A stretch of DNA of 64,000 bases from Gammaproteobacteria bacterium (GCA_024234975.1 JACKNH010000015.1:20733-84732); one strand, 5' to 3'; numbered from the stretch's first letter, positions 46,697 through 56,028 are shown. Translations and numbers: made by a program. The notes: generated by a model not told the origin, from the sequence alone.

Positions 46697-47746
46697 ATGA
46701 ACACGAAAAAAGTGCTGGGGGCGGCACTGGGGCTGGGTGTGCTGGCGTTGCCGGCGGTATCGTCGGCATCGATTGTCGGCAGCCTGGGCAACTTCGACGT
46801 TATCAATGACACCGGCGAAACCGCGCACGGTTTTGAAATTGAGCTGGAAGACCTTTACCTGTCGGATATCCGGGACATTTTCGGCGGACCGGGCCGGCGT
46901 TTTCCCACCGGCACCGGATTTGATCCGGCCACGGCGGTCGTGCGTTATGGCGCACCGACTGTTGAAGAATACGACAATGGCGTCACCCGAGGTGTGCGCG
47001 TCACGTATGCAGGCACCTTCAATGGCTCGACGTGGGACTTCGGCACGCCCAGCGGCACGTTCCTGCAAGCGGGCGACCGCTGCTGGACTGGCGGTGGTAT
47101 TGGCTACAGTGCAACCACGCCTTGCGATCACTTCGGCGTCGGCACGCTGCGTGCCCCGACGCGTACCAACTACGCCTGGCTGTTGGAAACAGCAACGCCC
47201 GGTGAGCTCGCCAAGGGCGGCGTGAGCCTGCCCGCACCGGTCTGGTCGGTGGCAGCGCCGGTCGGCGGCATTCAGCAGGTTGTCGCCGTAATCGAAGCAC
47301 CCGAAGTGGAGAACGAGCTGCAGTTCGGCGAGGCGATCTGGGTGAAGGTATTTACCACCGAGATTGAGAACGAAGTTGAACTGGAAAACCTCGTCGGCGG
47401 TGATCCGGTGATTGATGGTGCCGAAACCGAAATCGAATGGCAGCTGTTACAGTCCGATCCGGAAAATCCGGCGGCCGGTCAGCTCGAATCCGAATTCCTG
47501 GCTGCGGTCGGTGAAAACGGTAAATCGATCATCCACCGCTACGAGTTCTACGAATACACAGGACCGTATAACCCTGAAGACCATGAAGCATTGGTGCTGC
47601 ACGACACCAGTCCTTCAGCCGGTGAACTCGGCCACTACCTCGGCGCGCAGAACGCCGCCGTCAACCTGGCGCCGGTTCCGTTGCCGCCGGCAGTGGCATT
47701 GATGGGATTGCCGTTGCTGGCGCTTGTGCGCCGCGCGCGGAAGTAG
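46697..47746 (+). CDS. Secreted hypothetical protein with VPLP-type (VPLPA-CTERM-like) exosortase-style C-terminal tail
   Basis: Signal peptide MNTKKVLGAALGLGVLALPAVSSA. Acidic C-terminal half. The tail is APVPLPPAVALMGLPLLALVRRARK (motif, TM helix, basic end). Confidence 0.7.
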   Translation: MNTKKVLGAALGLGVLALPAVSSASIVGSLGNFDVINDTGETAHGFEIELEDLYLSDIRDIFGGPGRRFPTGTGFDPATAVVRYGAPTVEEYDNGVTRGVRVTYAGTFNGSTWDFGTPSGTFLQAGDRCWTGGGIGYSATTPCDHFGVGTLRAPTRTNYAWLLETATPGELAKGGVSLPAPVWSVAAPVGGIQQVVAVIEAPEVENELQFGEAIWVKVFTTEIENEVELENLVGGDPVIDGAETEIEWQLLQSDPENPAAGQLESEFLAAVGENGKSIIHRYEFYEYTGPYNPEDHEALVLHDTSPSAGELGHYLGAQNAAVNLAPVPLPPAVALMGLPLLALVRRARK

Positions 47747-47771
47747 TTGCACCGACCAGTCGTGTCGTCCT

Positions 47772-47800
47772 GCTGCCGACCGGTATTTCCGGTCGGCAGC
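47772..47800 (+). terminator. Stem-loop terminator candidate after the VPLP-tail gene
   Basis: A 12-bp perfect stem GCTGCCGACCGG / CCGGTCGGCAGC with loop TATTT, followed by CTTGCTCGATTT (weak T tract). It sits between convergent genes. Confidence 0.5.
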
Positions 47801-47855
47801 CTTGCTCGATTTCCCGCAACTGATCCACCTTGTCGCCGCACTGCGGCGCGATGCC

Positions 47856-48326
47856 TCATGCCCCTGTGACGTTCACTTTACCGTCGGCGCCGGCGACCGC
47901 GACGACACGGTCGCGCTGCGCAAACAGGTTTGCGTTGGTGAATTTCGCGACATCGGCAGCGATGGCGGCCTGATGCTTCGCGGCCGCATCGTCAAAGGCC
48001 TTGCCGTCAGCGATCCAGATCGAAACCGTGGCGATATACCGCGGCGGCGCGTTATTGGCCCCGGGCTGACCCCGGCGCAATTCAAAGCCGGCGATTGAGC
48101 TGCCATATTTCTCCAGTATCAGTGGCATCTGTCGCGTGGCGTAGTAATCGAAATCGAAGTAAACGCCATCGCCGTTCTCATACAGAATGGTCATGCATTC
48201 CAGGTCGAGATGACCGTCTGCCGCTGCGGCCGTAGTAGCGGTTCCCGCCGCCAGCGCCGCGGTAATGCCTGCTGCGGAAGTGGCCGCACCGGCCATGAAA
48301 CTGCGGCGATCCTGTTGTATTTCCAT
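47856..48326 (-). CDS. EthD-domain protein with twin-arginine-type signal peptide
   Basis: MEIQQDRRSFMAGAATSAAGITAALAAGTATTAAAADG (RRSFM Tat-like motif). The mature part, MTILYENGDGVYFDFDYYATRQMPLILEKYG...ATVSIWIADGKAFDDAAAKH, resembles the EthD family (TIGR02118-like). Confidence 0.7.
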   Translation of the reverse strand: MEIQQDRRSFMAGAATSAAGITAALAAGTATTAAAADGHLDLECMTILYENGDGVYFDFDYYATRQMPLILEKYGSSIAGFELRRGQPGANNAPPRYIATVSIWIADGKAFDDAAAKHQAAIAADVAKFTNANLFAQRDRVVAVAGADGKVNVTGA

Positions 48327-48476
48327 GCGTTCCCCTTTTCGCTGGTGATGCCAGGAATGATGTTGCTGCGCAGGGTTATATGCCGCATGCCCCGGCAGCG
48401 CAAGCCGGTGTCGGGCGGCAGCACCTCGCTTTTACCTCACGTATACTGTGCGCTGGTTCAAAGAGGGGGATGTTCC

Positions 48477-50321
48477 GTGTTGAAGCGTTTATTGGCAGTG
48501 GTGGTTGGCATCGGCTCGGCGGCGGCAATGGCCGCGGACGTGGAGCCGGGACAGCTTGTTTACGATGCGACATGTGCCGTCTGCCATAACGCAGGCCTGG
48601 ACCGCGCGCCCAATCGCGAAACCCTCGCTTTGTTCGGACCGGAACAGATCCTCAGTACCATCGAACGTGGTTCCATGGTCAGCATGGCGGTGATGCTGAC
48701 CACCGAGCAGCGGCGCGATGTGAGTGAATACCTCTCGCGCAAGCGGCTGGGCTCGCTGAGCCGCACGCCACCCGAATCGGCGATGTGCAAGGCAAATGAA
48801 TCATTCAAACCGGGCGGCCCGACCTGGCAGGGTTGGGGCGGCGTGGGGTTGTCCAACACACGTTTCCAGACCGCTGACGTGGCGGGCATCAAAGCCGCTG
48901 ACGTACCGCGGTTGAAGGTGAAATGGGCTTTCGGCTTCCCCGGTGACATCAAAGCATTTTCACCGCCGACGATCACCGGTGGCCGGGTGTTCACCGGCAG
49001 CCAGGGCGGCATGGTGTATTCGCTGGACGAACAGACGGGTTGCGTGCATTGGTATTACGACGCTGGCGCCTGGGTGCGCAGTGCGATGCATGTCGGCGAA
49101 GTCGAGCACAAAGGTCAGCGTATCGATGCGGTCTTCTTCGGCGATGGCACGGCACGCGTCTATGCACTCAACGCCGCTACAGGTGAGGAGTTGTGGCAGA
49201 CCAAGGTTGAGGATTTTCCGGTCGCCCATCTGAGCGGCTCGCCCACGTTCTACAACGGCAAGCTGTATGTGCCGGTGTCCTCAAACGAAGAGGGCGCGGC
49301 TGGCTCGGCTTCGTACGAATGCTGCCGGTTCCGTGGCAGCGTGGTGGCGCTTGATGGCGGCACGGGCGAGATTGTCTGGAAGACCTACATGCTGGATGAA
49401 CCCAGGCCGACCGGCCGCAATGCCGCCGGCACGCAGACCTGGGGACCCTCCGGCTCGCCGGTATGGTCGAGCCCCGCGGTCGACCCGCAAGCCAATGCGC
49501 TGTACTTCACCACCGGCAACAACTACACCGAGCCAGCGTCGGCGATGAGCGATTCCTTCGTGGCGCTCGATCTCGATACCGGTAAAGTCCTCTGGTCGAA
49601 GCAGATGACGACCAACGATGCATGGAATGCGGCTTGCCGCCTCGACGACAAGACCAACTGTCCGCCGAGCAACTCTCCCGATTTCGATTTCTCCGCTTCG
49701 CCGATCATCGTCACGCTGGCCGATGGCAAGCGGTTGCTGGTGGCGGGTCAGAAGTCGGGCGTGGTGCATGCGATCGACCCCGACCGCAAGGGCGAAATCG
49801 TCTGGCAGACGCGTATCGCCAAAGGCGGCACCATGGGCGGCGTGCAATGGGGCTCGACCACCGATGGTGTGAATGTTTATACGTCGGTATCGGACATCCT
49901 GCGAATTCCGGTCAAGCATGCATGGGCGACTGAAGCTGATCCAAAGGTCGGCGGTGGCGTCTATGCCTTGCGGCTGACCGATGGCAAGCAGGTCTGGTAC
50001 ACGCCGCCGGCGCCGTGTGGCGAGCGTCAGCGCTGCAGCCCGGCACAGCCCGGTGCGGCGACCGGTCTCCCTGGCATAGTGTTCGCAGGTTCGATGGACG
50101 GGATCCTGCGTGCCTATTCCACCGTCGATGGCAAGGTGGTATTTGAATTCGACACCGTGCGCAGTTTCGACACCGTCAACGGTGTACCTGCCCAAGGCGG
50201 CACGATGGATGGCGGTGGTCCGACGATTGCCAACGGCACCATCTATGTCAATTCAGGTTATCCAAATGGCGGCGGCATGCCGGGCAACGTGTTGATCGCG
50301 CTGTCGGTCGACGGCAAGTAA
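48477..50321 (+). CDS. Quinohemoprotein: N-terminal cytochrome c domain plus PQQ beta-propeller dehydrogenase (polyvinyl-alcohol-dehydrogenase-like)
   Basis: GTG 48477 with GAGGGGGA 7 nt upstream. Signal peptide VLKRLLAVVVGIGSAAAMA/AD. Heme site CAVCH. Propeller repeats (GGMVYSLDEQTGCVHW, RVYALNAATGEELW, SVVALDGGTGEIVW, SFVALDLDTGKVLW, VVHAIDPDRKGEIVW, GVYALRLTDGKQVW, ILRAYSTVDGKVVF). Vicinal cysteines YECCRF. Confidence 0.8.
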   Translation: MLKRLLAVVVGIGSAAAMAADVEPGQLVYDATCAVCHNAGLDRAPNRETLALFGPEQILSTIERGSMVSMAVMLTTEQRRDVSEYLSRKRLGSLSRTPPESAMCKANESFKPGGPTWQGWGGVGLSNTRFQTADVAGIKAADVPRLKVKWAFGFPGDIKAFSPPTITGGRVFTGSQGGMVYSLDEQTGCVHWYYDAGAWVRSAMHVGEVEHKGQRIDAVFFGDGTARVYALNAATGEELWQTKVEDFPVAHLSGSPTFYNGKLYVPVSSNEEGAAGSASYECCRFRGSVVALDGGTGEIVWKTYMLDEPRPTGRNAAGTQTWGPSGSPVWSSPAVDPQANALYFTTGNNYTEPASAMSDSFVALDLDTGKVLWSKQMTTNDAWNAACRLDDKTNCPPSNSPDFDFSASPIIVTLADGKRLLVAGQKSGVVHAIDPDRKGEIVWQTRIAKGGTMGGVQWGSTTDGVNVYTSVSDILRIPVKHAWATEADPKVGGGVYALRLTDGKQVWYTPPAPCGERQRCSPAQPGAATGLPGIVFAGSMDGILRAYSTVDGKVVFEFDTVRSFDTVNGVPAQGGTMDGGGPTIANGTIYVNSGYPNGGGMPGNVLIALSVDGK

Positions 50322-50332
50322 CAGTCTCAAGG

Positions 50333-50358
50333 CAAGGTCCGGGGAACCCCCGGACCTT
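50333..50358 (+). terminator. Stem-loop terminator candidate between convergent genes
   Basis: CAAGGTCCGGGG-AA-CCCCGGACCTTG (12-bp arms) followed by CTTCTTCGTTTCG. Confidence 0.5.
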
Positions 50359-50372
50359 GCTTCTTCGTTTCG

Positions 50373-51608
50373 TCATTCTGCAATTTCTTCTTTCGCCCGC
50401 GCCGCCTTTCTGAACTCGCTGGGCGTGACCCCTGTACGTTTCTTGAAGGCGGTATAAAACGCTGATTTCGAATTGAAGCCGGCCGCGTAGGCGATGTCGA
50501 GGATGCTTCGCTCGTCGGCGCTGTCCCCGGTCAGCATCAGCTGCGCATCCTTTACGCGATACCCGTTCACGAAATCAAAGAAATTCATCTGCAGCTGTTC
50601 ATTGATCACCTGCGACAGATAATTTGGGGAGATGGCCAGCTGGTCGGCGAGTTGCGGTAGCGTCAACTGGCTTTCGAGGTAGGGTCTGTTCTGTTCCATG
50701 TGGCGCGTCAGGTCCAGGCTCAGCGCCTGACTGAGCTGTGTGTCCAGCGCGGAGCTTCTGTACTTGGACTCAGGTTCGGGCTCGGGCTGCGGTGCTCCTG
50801 ATCCCACCTGGGTTGGCATCTCGCCAACTGCATCGTCAGGTCGCGTGGCGACCGGCGTCCTGGTCGTGAATATGGCCGGTTGCCGCATACCCAGGTAGCC
50901 CATGGCGTAGATAACGATGACGACGGCCAGGTAGAGCAAACGGTTCATATCTTCATCAAAGCCCAGTGGCCCGGCGATGAAACCGTCCACCAGCAGAATG
51001 CCGTAGAGCACTGACAGCGCCAGCAACAGGTTGCGCAGCCAGTTGAGCGTGACGTGTTCGATGGAGGAGAACTGCTGTCGCACCCAGCGCGCATGGCGCA
51101 GCAGTCGTCGCAGGCTGGCAAACAGGTACGCGCCGATGGACACGACGGCTGCTTGTGCGATCCAGAGCACGATGCTGTTCACTCTCTCGCCTGTCACCAT
51201 GCCCGCCTCAGCGTAAAACAGGGCGGCAACATCGTCCGCGCTGAGAGCCGGCAGCGTGGCGCAGAGCGCCGCCGCGACGCCAAGTGGCAGGTAATGCAAC
51301 CACAGGTGATGGCGGTAGCGGAAGGTGTCGCCTTCGATCAAGGCGCAGGTATAGAGATAGAACGATGGTCCGTATGCCAGATTGATGATGGGATCGACGT
51401 ACGCCAACGATGGTACCTGCAACAGATAGCGCGACTGGGTCAGAAACTCATGGCCGAGATCTATCGCGAACGCCAGTGTCAGCAAGGCAATAAACAAGCG
51501 GCCGGCGACAGCTGCTTCGCGCGTATTGACCAGCGCCAACGCCAGAAACAACCCGTGTGCCGCACCGATCAACATGATGATCGAGAAGAGTGTGAACACC
51601 GGTTGCAT
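50373..51608 (-). CDS. AraC-family transcriptional regulator with N-terminal multi-pass membrane domain
   Basis: The N-terminal ~250 aa hold 7-8 hydrophobic helices. The C-terminal HTH pair is LTLPQLADQLAISPNYLSQVINEQL...ILDIAYAAGFNSKSAFYTAFKKRTGVTPSEFRK. Confidence 0.8.
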   Translation of the reverse strand: MQPVFTLFSIIMLIGAAHGLFLALALVNTREAAVAGRLFIALLTLAFAIDLGHEFLTQSRYLLQVPSLAYVDPIINLAYGPSFYLYTCALIEGDTFRYRHHLWLHYLPLGVAAALCATLPALSADDVAALFYAEAGMVTGERVNSIVLWIAQAAVVSIGAYLFASLRRLLRHARWVRQQFSSIEHVTLNWLRNLLLALSVLYGILLVDGFIAGPLGFDEDMNRLLYLAVVIVIYAMGYLGMRQPAIFTTRTPVATRPDDAVGEMPTQVGSGAPQPEPEPESKYRSSALDTQLSQALSLDLTRHMEQNRPYLESQLTLPQLADQLAISPNYLSQVINEQLQMNFFDFVNGYRVKDAQLMLTGDSADERSILDIAYAAGFNSKSAFYTAFKKRTGVTPSEFRKAARAKEEIAE

Positions 51609-51761
51609 CGGGCGGAGGGCTCCTGTTGGTGCGTGTTTATCGGTCGCAGAACAGCTTGCAGTGGATCAGAATTGTTGCGCCGGTTCTATTATTCAACGAT
51701 GACGCGTATCAAGCGTCCCTGAGACGAGTCATCTGTGTCGTACCCACTGTGCACCGGAAAG

Positions 51762-51854
51762 CTATAGAACGAACGTGCTGATGATCCACCACAACGCCAG
51801 TGCCAGCGCCACCAGGCCACACAGATTCGCGATATAACGCCAGAATCTTTCCAT
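51762..51854 (-). CDS. Candidate 30-aa single-TM small protein immediately downstream of the CPBP protease gene (not in ORF track)
   Basis: My own translation: MERFWRYIANLCGLVALALALWWIISTFVL-stop. The ATG at 51854 lies 9 nt after the CPBP stop (TGA 51866-51864), and GAGG overlapping that stop sits 7 nt upstream. There is no homology support. Confidence 0.35.
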   Translation of the reverse strand: MERFWRYIANLCGLVALALALWWIISTFVL

Positions 51855-51863
51855 GGTCCGACC

Positions 51864-52730
51864 TCAACTCACCTGCCAGGCCGCCGGACCTTGTCCGGCG
51901 TCTTTCTCGTGCCTGGGTTCGGGTTGCAGAAAGAAGGCTTTGTCCTTGATGACCAGGCCGATGGCCAGCAGCGTCAGCAATGCGGTCTGGATGACCTTGC
52001 TGTCCGGATGGGTGGCGAATATCTCGTTGAAGTAGCCCGCACAGACATGGAACACCACGGTGATAAGAATGTTCCGGCCGGTCTTGTAGTAAAGCCAGTT
52101 CATGATCAGTACGAACGGGAAGATGCTGAGCAGGAAATTCGCGCTGTGAATCGGGCCTGTGGCCACCACATTGCTATGGTAGTAGCCCTCGATGGTTGCA
52201 AGCGGAATATGCCATAGCCCCCAGAACAGACCGAAGATGAGCGACGTCGCCAACAGGTTGAAACGGTTGCGCAGGCAGTCCGTGCCGTAGGAGTGCCAAC
52301 CGAGTTCTTCCAGTAACGGGGCGACTATCAGCAGCAGCCATACGGGAAACACACCGAACGAAAAGGTGAAATGGCCGCTCAGGCGGAACTGGTCCGCACT
52401 GTAGCCGAACATCAGCGATATCGCCTGCGCGAGCAGCAAGCTGGCGAGCGTCAGGAACAGTGCGATCATCCAGTGTCGCAAGCGCACGTATTTCAACGTC
52501 AACAGTCGGCCGAGGATATCGCGCGCCAGCGCGGCATCACTGGTCATCAGACCGATGGCGATCAACGCCGGGCTGCTGATGCCGAGCAGACCCAGCAACA
52601 GGATCATTGCCGAATCGTGCGGCTGGATATTCGCGCGGTGACTAATGTAGCCGGCAGTAAACCAGCATAGCCACGGAATCACCGTGGCGAGGCTGTAAAA
52701 CAGAAAAGGGCGTCGGTAGTGGTTGAGCAT
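51864..52730 (-). CDS. CPBP-family intramembrane glutamic endopeptidase (CAAX protease/Abi-like)
   Basis: Motif 1 PLLEELGWHSYG (EExxxx) and motif 2 FGLFWGLWHIP (FxxxH). Polytopic. ATG 52730 (GAGGA 10 nt upstream) is preferred over the track start at 52766, which has no RBS. Confidence 0.8.
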   Translation of the reverse strand: MLNHYRRPFLFYSLATVIPWLCWFTAGYISHRANIQPHDSAMILLLGLLGISSPALIAIGLMTSDAALARDILGRLLTLKYVRLRHWMIALFLTLASLLLAQAISLMFGYSADQFRLSGHFTFSFGVFPVWLLLIVAPLLEELGWHSYGTDCLRNRFNLLATSLIFGLFWGLWHIPLATIEGYYHSNVVATGPIHSANFLLSIFPFVLIMNWLYYKTGRNILITVVFHVCAGYFNEIFATHPDSKVIQTALLTLLAIGLVIKDKAFFLQPEPRHEKDAGQGPAAWQVS

Positions 52731-52771
52731 GGCGTTGGGTCCTCGAGCTGTTGTAGTCAAGTACATGGTTT

Positions 52772-53512
52772 TCAGAACTTGAACAGGACGGCGGCGAACG
52801 CCATTGTCCGTTCGTCATGCTCGATGACCGGGCTGCGACGGATACCTCTATCCAGCCGGCTATAGCTGGCGCCGCCCAGCAACTCGAATTTCTCACCCAA
52901 GGCGTAGCTTACCGCGAGTTCAGCGAACACATTCGTCGCGGCGCCCGTGGCGTAGGCAGGTCGGTTGGCACTCGCCTCGCCTGCGCGGACACCATAGTAA
53001 TAATTGGTCAGAGAGCGGCTTTGCAAACTGACGCCAATCGATGGGGCCAGCAGCAGCGGTCCGCTCTGGAATGGATATTGGTAGGCAGCGCGGAACTCGT
53101 AGCCGCTGTGGGTCCCGGTGATGTCATGCAAAGCATCCAGCCTGAGGATGCCCCAGTCGGCCATGTGCGCGGCGCTGATGCCGGCGTCGAATGCGGGACG
53201 CCGTTTGGCCATGCCCGTCAGCGCGTCACTGTCAGCGGGATCGTAGCCGTCAAAGCGGAACTCGCCGATGACCGCGATTTCAACGGTGTCGGAAACCTGC
53301 CATGCGTAGCCGATGGTGGCCAGGTCCAGCCGCAGGTGTTCTCCCTGGTATCTGAAGTAGGGCAGAAGCAGACTTTCGGTATCTGCGCCGATCTGCGGCG
53401 GTTGTTGGGCCATGGTTGCCAGGCCGATGCCCCATTCGCCAGCCGCAACGGGCGCAGGTGCGAGGGTGTTCAGGGCGATAACGGCGACGAAGGCGGTAAG
53501 TGTCTGTTTCAT
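52772..53512 (-). CDS. MipA/OmpV-family outer-membrane protein
   Basis: Signal peptide MKQTLTAFVAVIALNTLAPAPVAA. LLLPYFRYQGEHLRLDLATIGY and an alternating beta-strand pattern. C-terminal ...AAVLFKF (terminal Phe). Confidence 0.8.
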   Translation of the reverse strand: MKQTLTAFVAVIALNTLAPAPVAAGEWGIGLATMAQQPPQIGADTESLLLPYFRYQGEHLRLDLATIGYAWQVSDTVEIAVIGEFRFDGYDPADSDALTGMAKRRPAFDAGISAAHMADWGILRLDALHDITGTHSGYEFRAAYQYPFQSGPLLLAPSIGVSLQSRSLTNYYYGVRAGEASANRPAYATGAATNVFAELAVSYALGEKFELLGGASYSRLDRGIRRSPVIEHDERTMAFAAVLFKF

Positions 53513-53693
53513 GCTGCGTTCTCCGGTAACGTGTTGAATAAGCGGAGTGCAGCATCGGGTGTGGGGCGGGCGTTGTCGTCCCGTTCTATAAGTCAGGACG
53601 TATGGATTTGCGATATGCCGCGGTCATGCGTCAGCGATGAACGGCAATCCTCGCGGATAATCAGGCCACTGAACGTTCAGGCGGGTCGGCGGC

Positions 53694-53731
53694 GGAAAAA
53701 GAAAAAGCCCGGCGAGGGTTCACCGGGCTTT
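53694..53731 (-). terminator. Rho-independent terminator of the PEP-CTERM gene 53808..54659
   Basis: The minus strand reads AAAGCCCGG-TGAACCCTCG-CCGGGCTTTTTCTTTTTCC: a GC stem followed by a long T run, 77 nt after the stop codon. Confidence 0.75.
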
Positions 53732-53807
53732 GTGTTGCGTCGCTGGCCAGGGGCCGGGTCTATGCCCGATGGCCGGCCAGTTCGCGATTTCCTCCCTACA
53801 GAGATCG

Positions 53808-54659
53808 CTATTGGCGTTGCGGCCGCAGCGCTCGGCGGCGCGTCATCAAGCCCGCGATGCCCGTGCCGAGCAGCGCCAGCGTGGTCGGCTCGGGCACGGT
53901 ACCACCGGTCTGGCATTCCGGCAGGTTCGGATTTACTTCGCATGGCAGGATTTCAACCGCCGTACCTTCCACGCCCAAGGTGAAGCCATTCCAGAATTCG
54001 TTGGATGCGCTGCGCCAGGTCACGTTGTCAAAGGCGCCGAGGAACCGGATAACGCCGTGAGGCTCGGTGCCGCCGGAATTATTGCTGTTGAGTTGGTATT
54101 CAAAGTTGCCACCACCCAGATCGACGATGACTTTCTCCGCACCGCCGCAACCCCAGTAACCGCAGGCATGGCCATCAACGCCACCCAGGCTGAGGATTTC
54201 GAAATCCTGGTCGAACGCATAGCCGTTGCCGTTCAGACTGACAAAGGCGAACAGCGGGTTGGCGATGGCTTCGGAGAATTGCAGCGTCTGCGTACCCTGG
54301 TATCGCAGGGCGATGATGTCAGATCCTGTCGGACGGTTGTCGACCACGCTGCTTTCGTACGGAGAAATGGTGTTGGTGCCACCGTTGGTGAAGCCATTGG
54401 TGTAGTAGTCGGTACCGCCGGCCGCTTGATAGAAGCCAATACCGTTTGGATTGGTGTAAGTGACCGAGACGGAGGAGGTGCTGGTGGTGATGACGCCCTG
54501 GGCCTGGAAACCCGCAGTCGGATCCAGGTCACTTCCCTGCCAGTCCGTCCAGTAGATGGGCACCGCAGTCGCCGTCTGCATGAACAACATGCCGGCGCCT
54601 GCCATGGCAAGCCCAAGCCCGATGAAACGATTGTGTTTGTTGCGTTGCTGACGGTGCAT
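53808..54659 (-). CDS. Secreted hypothetical protein with PEP-CTERM sorting signal
   Basis: Signal peptide ...GLGLAMAGAGMLFMQTATA. C-terminus GGTVPEPTTLALLGTGIAGLMTRRRALR. RBS AAGGAA upstream. Confidence 0.8.
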   Translation of the reverse strand: MHRQQRNKHNRFIGLGLAMAGAGMLFMQTATAVPIYWTDWQGSDLDPTAGFQAQGVITTSTSSVSVTYTNPNGIGFYQAAGGTDYYTNGFTNGGTNTISPYESSVVDNRPTGSDIIALRYQGTQTLQFSEAIANPLFAFVSLNGNGYAFDQDFEILSLGGVDGHACGYWGCGGAEKVIVDLGGGNFEYQLNSNNSGGTEPHGVIRFLGAFDNVTWRSASNEFWNGFTLGVEGTAVEILPCEVNPNLPECQTGGTVPEPTTLALLGTGIAGLMTRRRALRPQRQ

Positions 54660-55074
54660 CGTGCAATTCCTTCGCTACGTTCTGGTAGAGGAACCGGTTG
54701 TGCAGCATGCGTGCCAGTGAATCCCGTGCATTTCTGGTTTTTCCTGCGACATCATGCATTTATGGAATGAAAAAAATTGTGACATCGCTTTGCGGGCGAC
54801 CTGCATGGGTGTTCCGGCGGCCGGGTGTAAAGTAAGTGGACATTGCCACTGCCCAAGATCACGGTGTCAGCGCTACGGGGCAGCATCGTGCTCGCCCGGC
54901 GCCTTGACTGGGCTTACCTGCGCATGAACTCATGACGCACCTTACGGTCGATGGCCCCTGCCGGGGTGGAAATCCACGCTGGCAATTCCGATTCATTCCG
55001 TTCTTGTCTGTGATCAACCTGCGTCCTGCCTGCGTCCCTTATGAAAGGCAGAGCGCAAGAGGAGCACAAAAGTC

Positions 55075-56028
55075 ATGCCTATCAAGGTGGAACCGATTCT
55101 GCCGCGTTTCGGCGCCGAGGTTTCCGGCGTCGACATCAGCAAACCGCTGGATGAGGCCACCCGCCGGCAGATCATCGACATCCAGCACGAATGGGGTGTC
55201 ACGGTCTGGCGCAATACGCACCTGGATAACGCCAGCCATGTCGCGTTCAGCCGCATCTTTGGCCATGTGGAACTGGCGCCGGCGCGCAATGGGCAATACC
55301 GCTTCGAACAGCCCGAACTGTTTGACGCTTCCAACATCGATCGCAGTGGCGTCATCGTGGATAACGCCAGTATCCGTCTTGCCGCCAAGGGCAACCGGCT
55401 CTGGCACTCGGATTCATCGTTCATGAAAGTCCGCGCAGCGGAAGCGTTGCTGCTGTGTCACGAAGCGCCACCGCACGGCGGTCCGACCTGGTTCGCCGAT
55501 ACGCGCAGCGCCTACGAGGATTTGCCACAGACGATGAAGGATCGCCTGGAAGGGCTGCAAGCGGTGCATTCGTATTTCTGGTCGCGTCGTCGCGCTGGTT
55601 ACCCGTACACCGAAGAGGAGGTGGATGCCATGCCCGCAGCCGTGCACCCCGTGGTCCATGTGCACAAAGGGTCGGGGCGCAAAGCGCTGTTCATCGGCGC
55701 CCACACCCGCGACATCATCGGTATGCAACGTGAGGACGGGCGCAAACTGATCGATGAGCTGATCGCTTGGTGTACGCAACCCCAATATGTCATTTCGGTT
55801 CACTACAAACCCGGTGATATGAGCATCTGGGATAACCTGTGCTCGTTGCATCGCGGAGGCGAGTACGAAGACACACGGTATCGACGCGATATGCGCCGGA
55901 CCACGGTGCGTGATCCCGATGCCGGCGAAGCCAGCAGCGACCATTACACCAGGCTGTTCACGGATGCCGGTGATACGCCGTTCGCGCCGCGCGATTCCAC
56001 GTTGGAGCGGATTCCGGAGAAGGTGTAG
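55075..56028 (+). CDS. TauD/TfdA-family Fe(II)/2-oxoglutarate-dependent dioxygenase
   Basis: [32 protein letters not shown]...WHSDSSF (HxD iron ligands)...[10 protein letters not shown]. Confidence 0.85.
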   Translation: MPIKVEPILPRFGAEVSGVDISKPLDEATRRQIIDIQHEWGVTVWRNTHLDNASHVAFSRIFGHVELAPARNGQYRFEQPELFDASNIDRSGVIVDNASIRLAAKGNRLWHSDSSFMKVRAAEALLLCHEAPPHGGPTWFADTRSAYEDLPQTMKDRLEGLQAVHSYFWSRRRAGYPYTEEEVDAMPAAVHPVVHVHKGSGRKALFIGAHTRDIIGMQREDGRKLIDELIAWCTQPQYVISVHYKPGDMSIWDNLCSLHRGGEYEDTRYRRDMRRTTVRDPDAGEASSDHYTRLFTDAGDTPFAPRDSTLERIPEKV

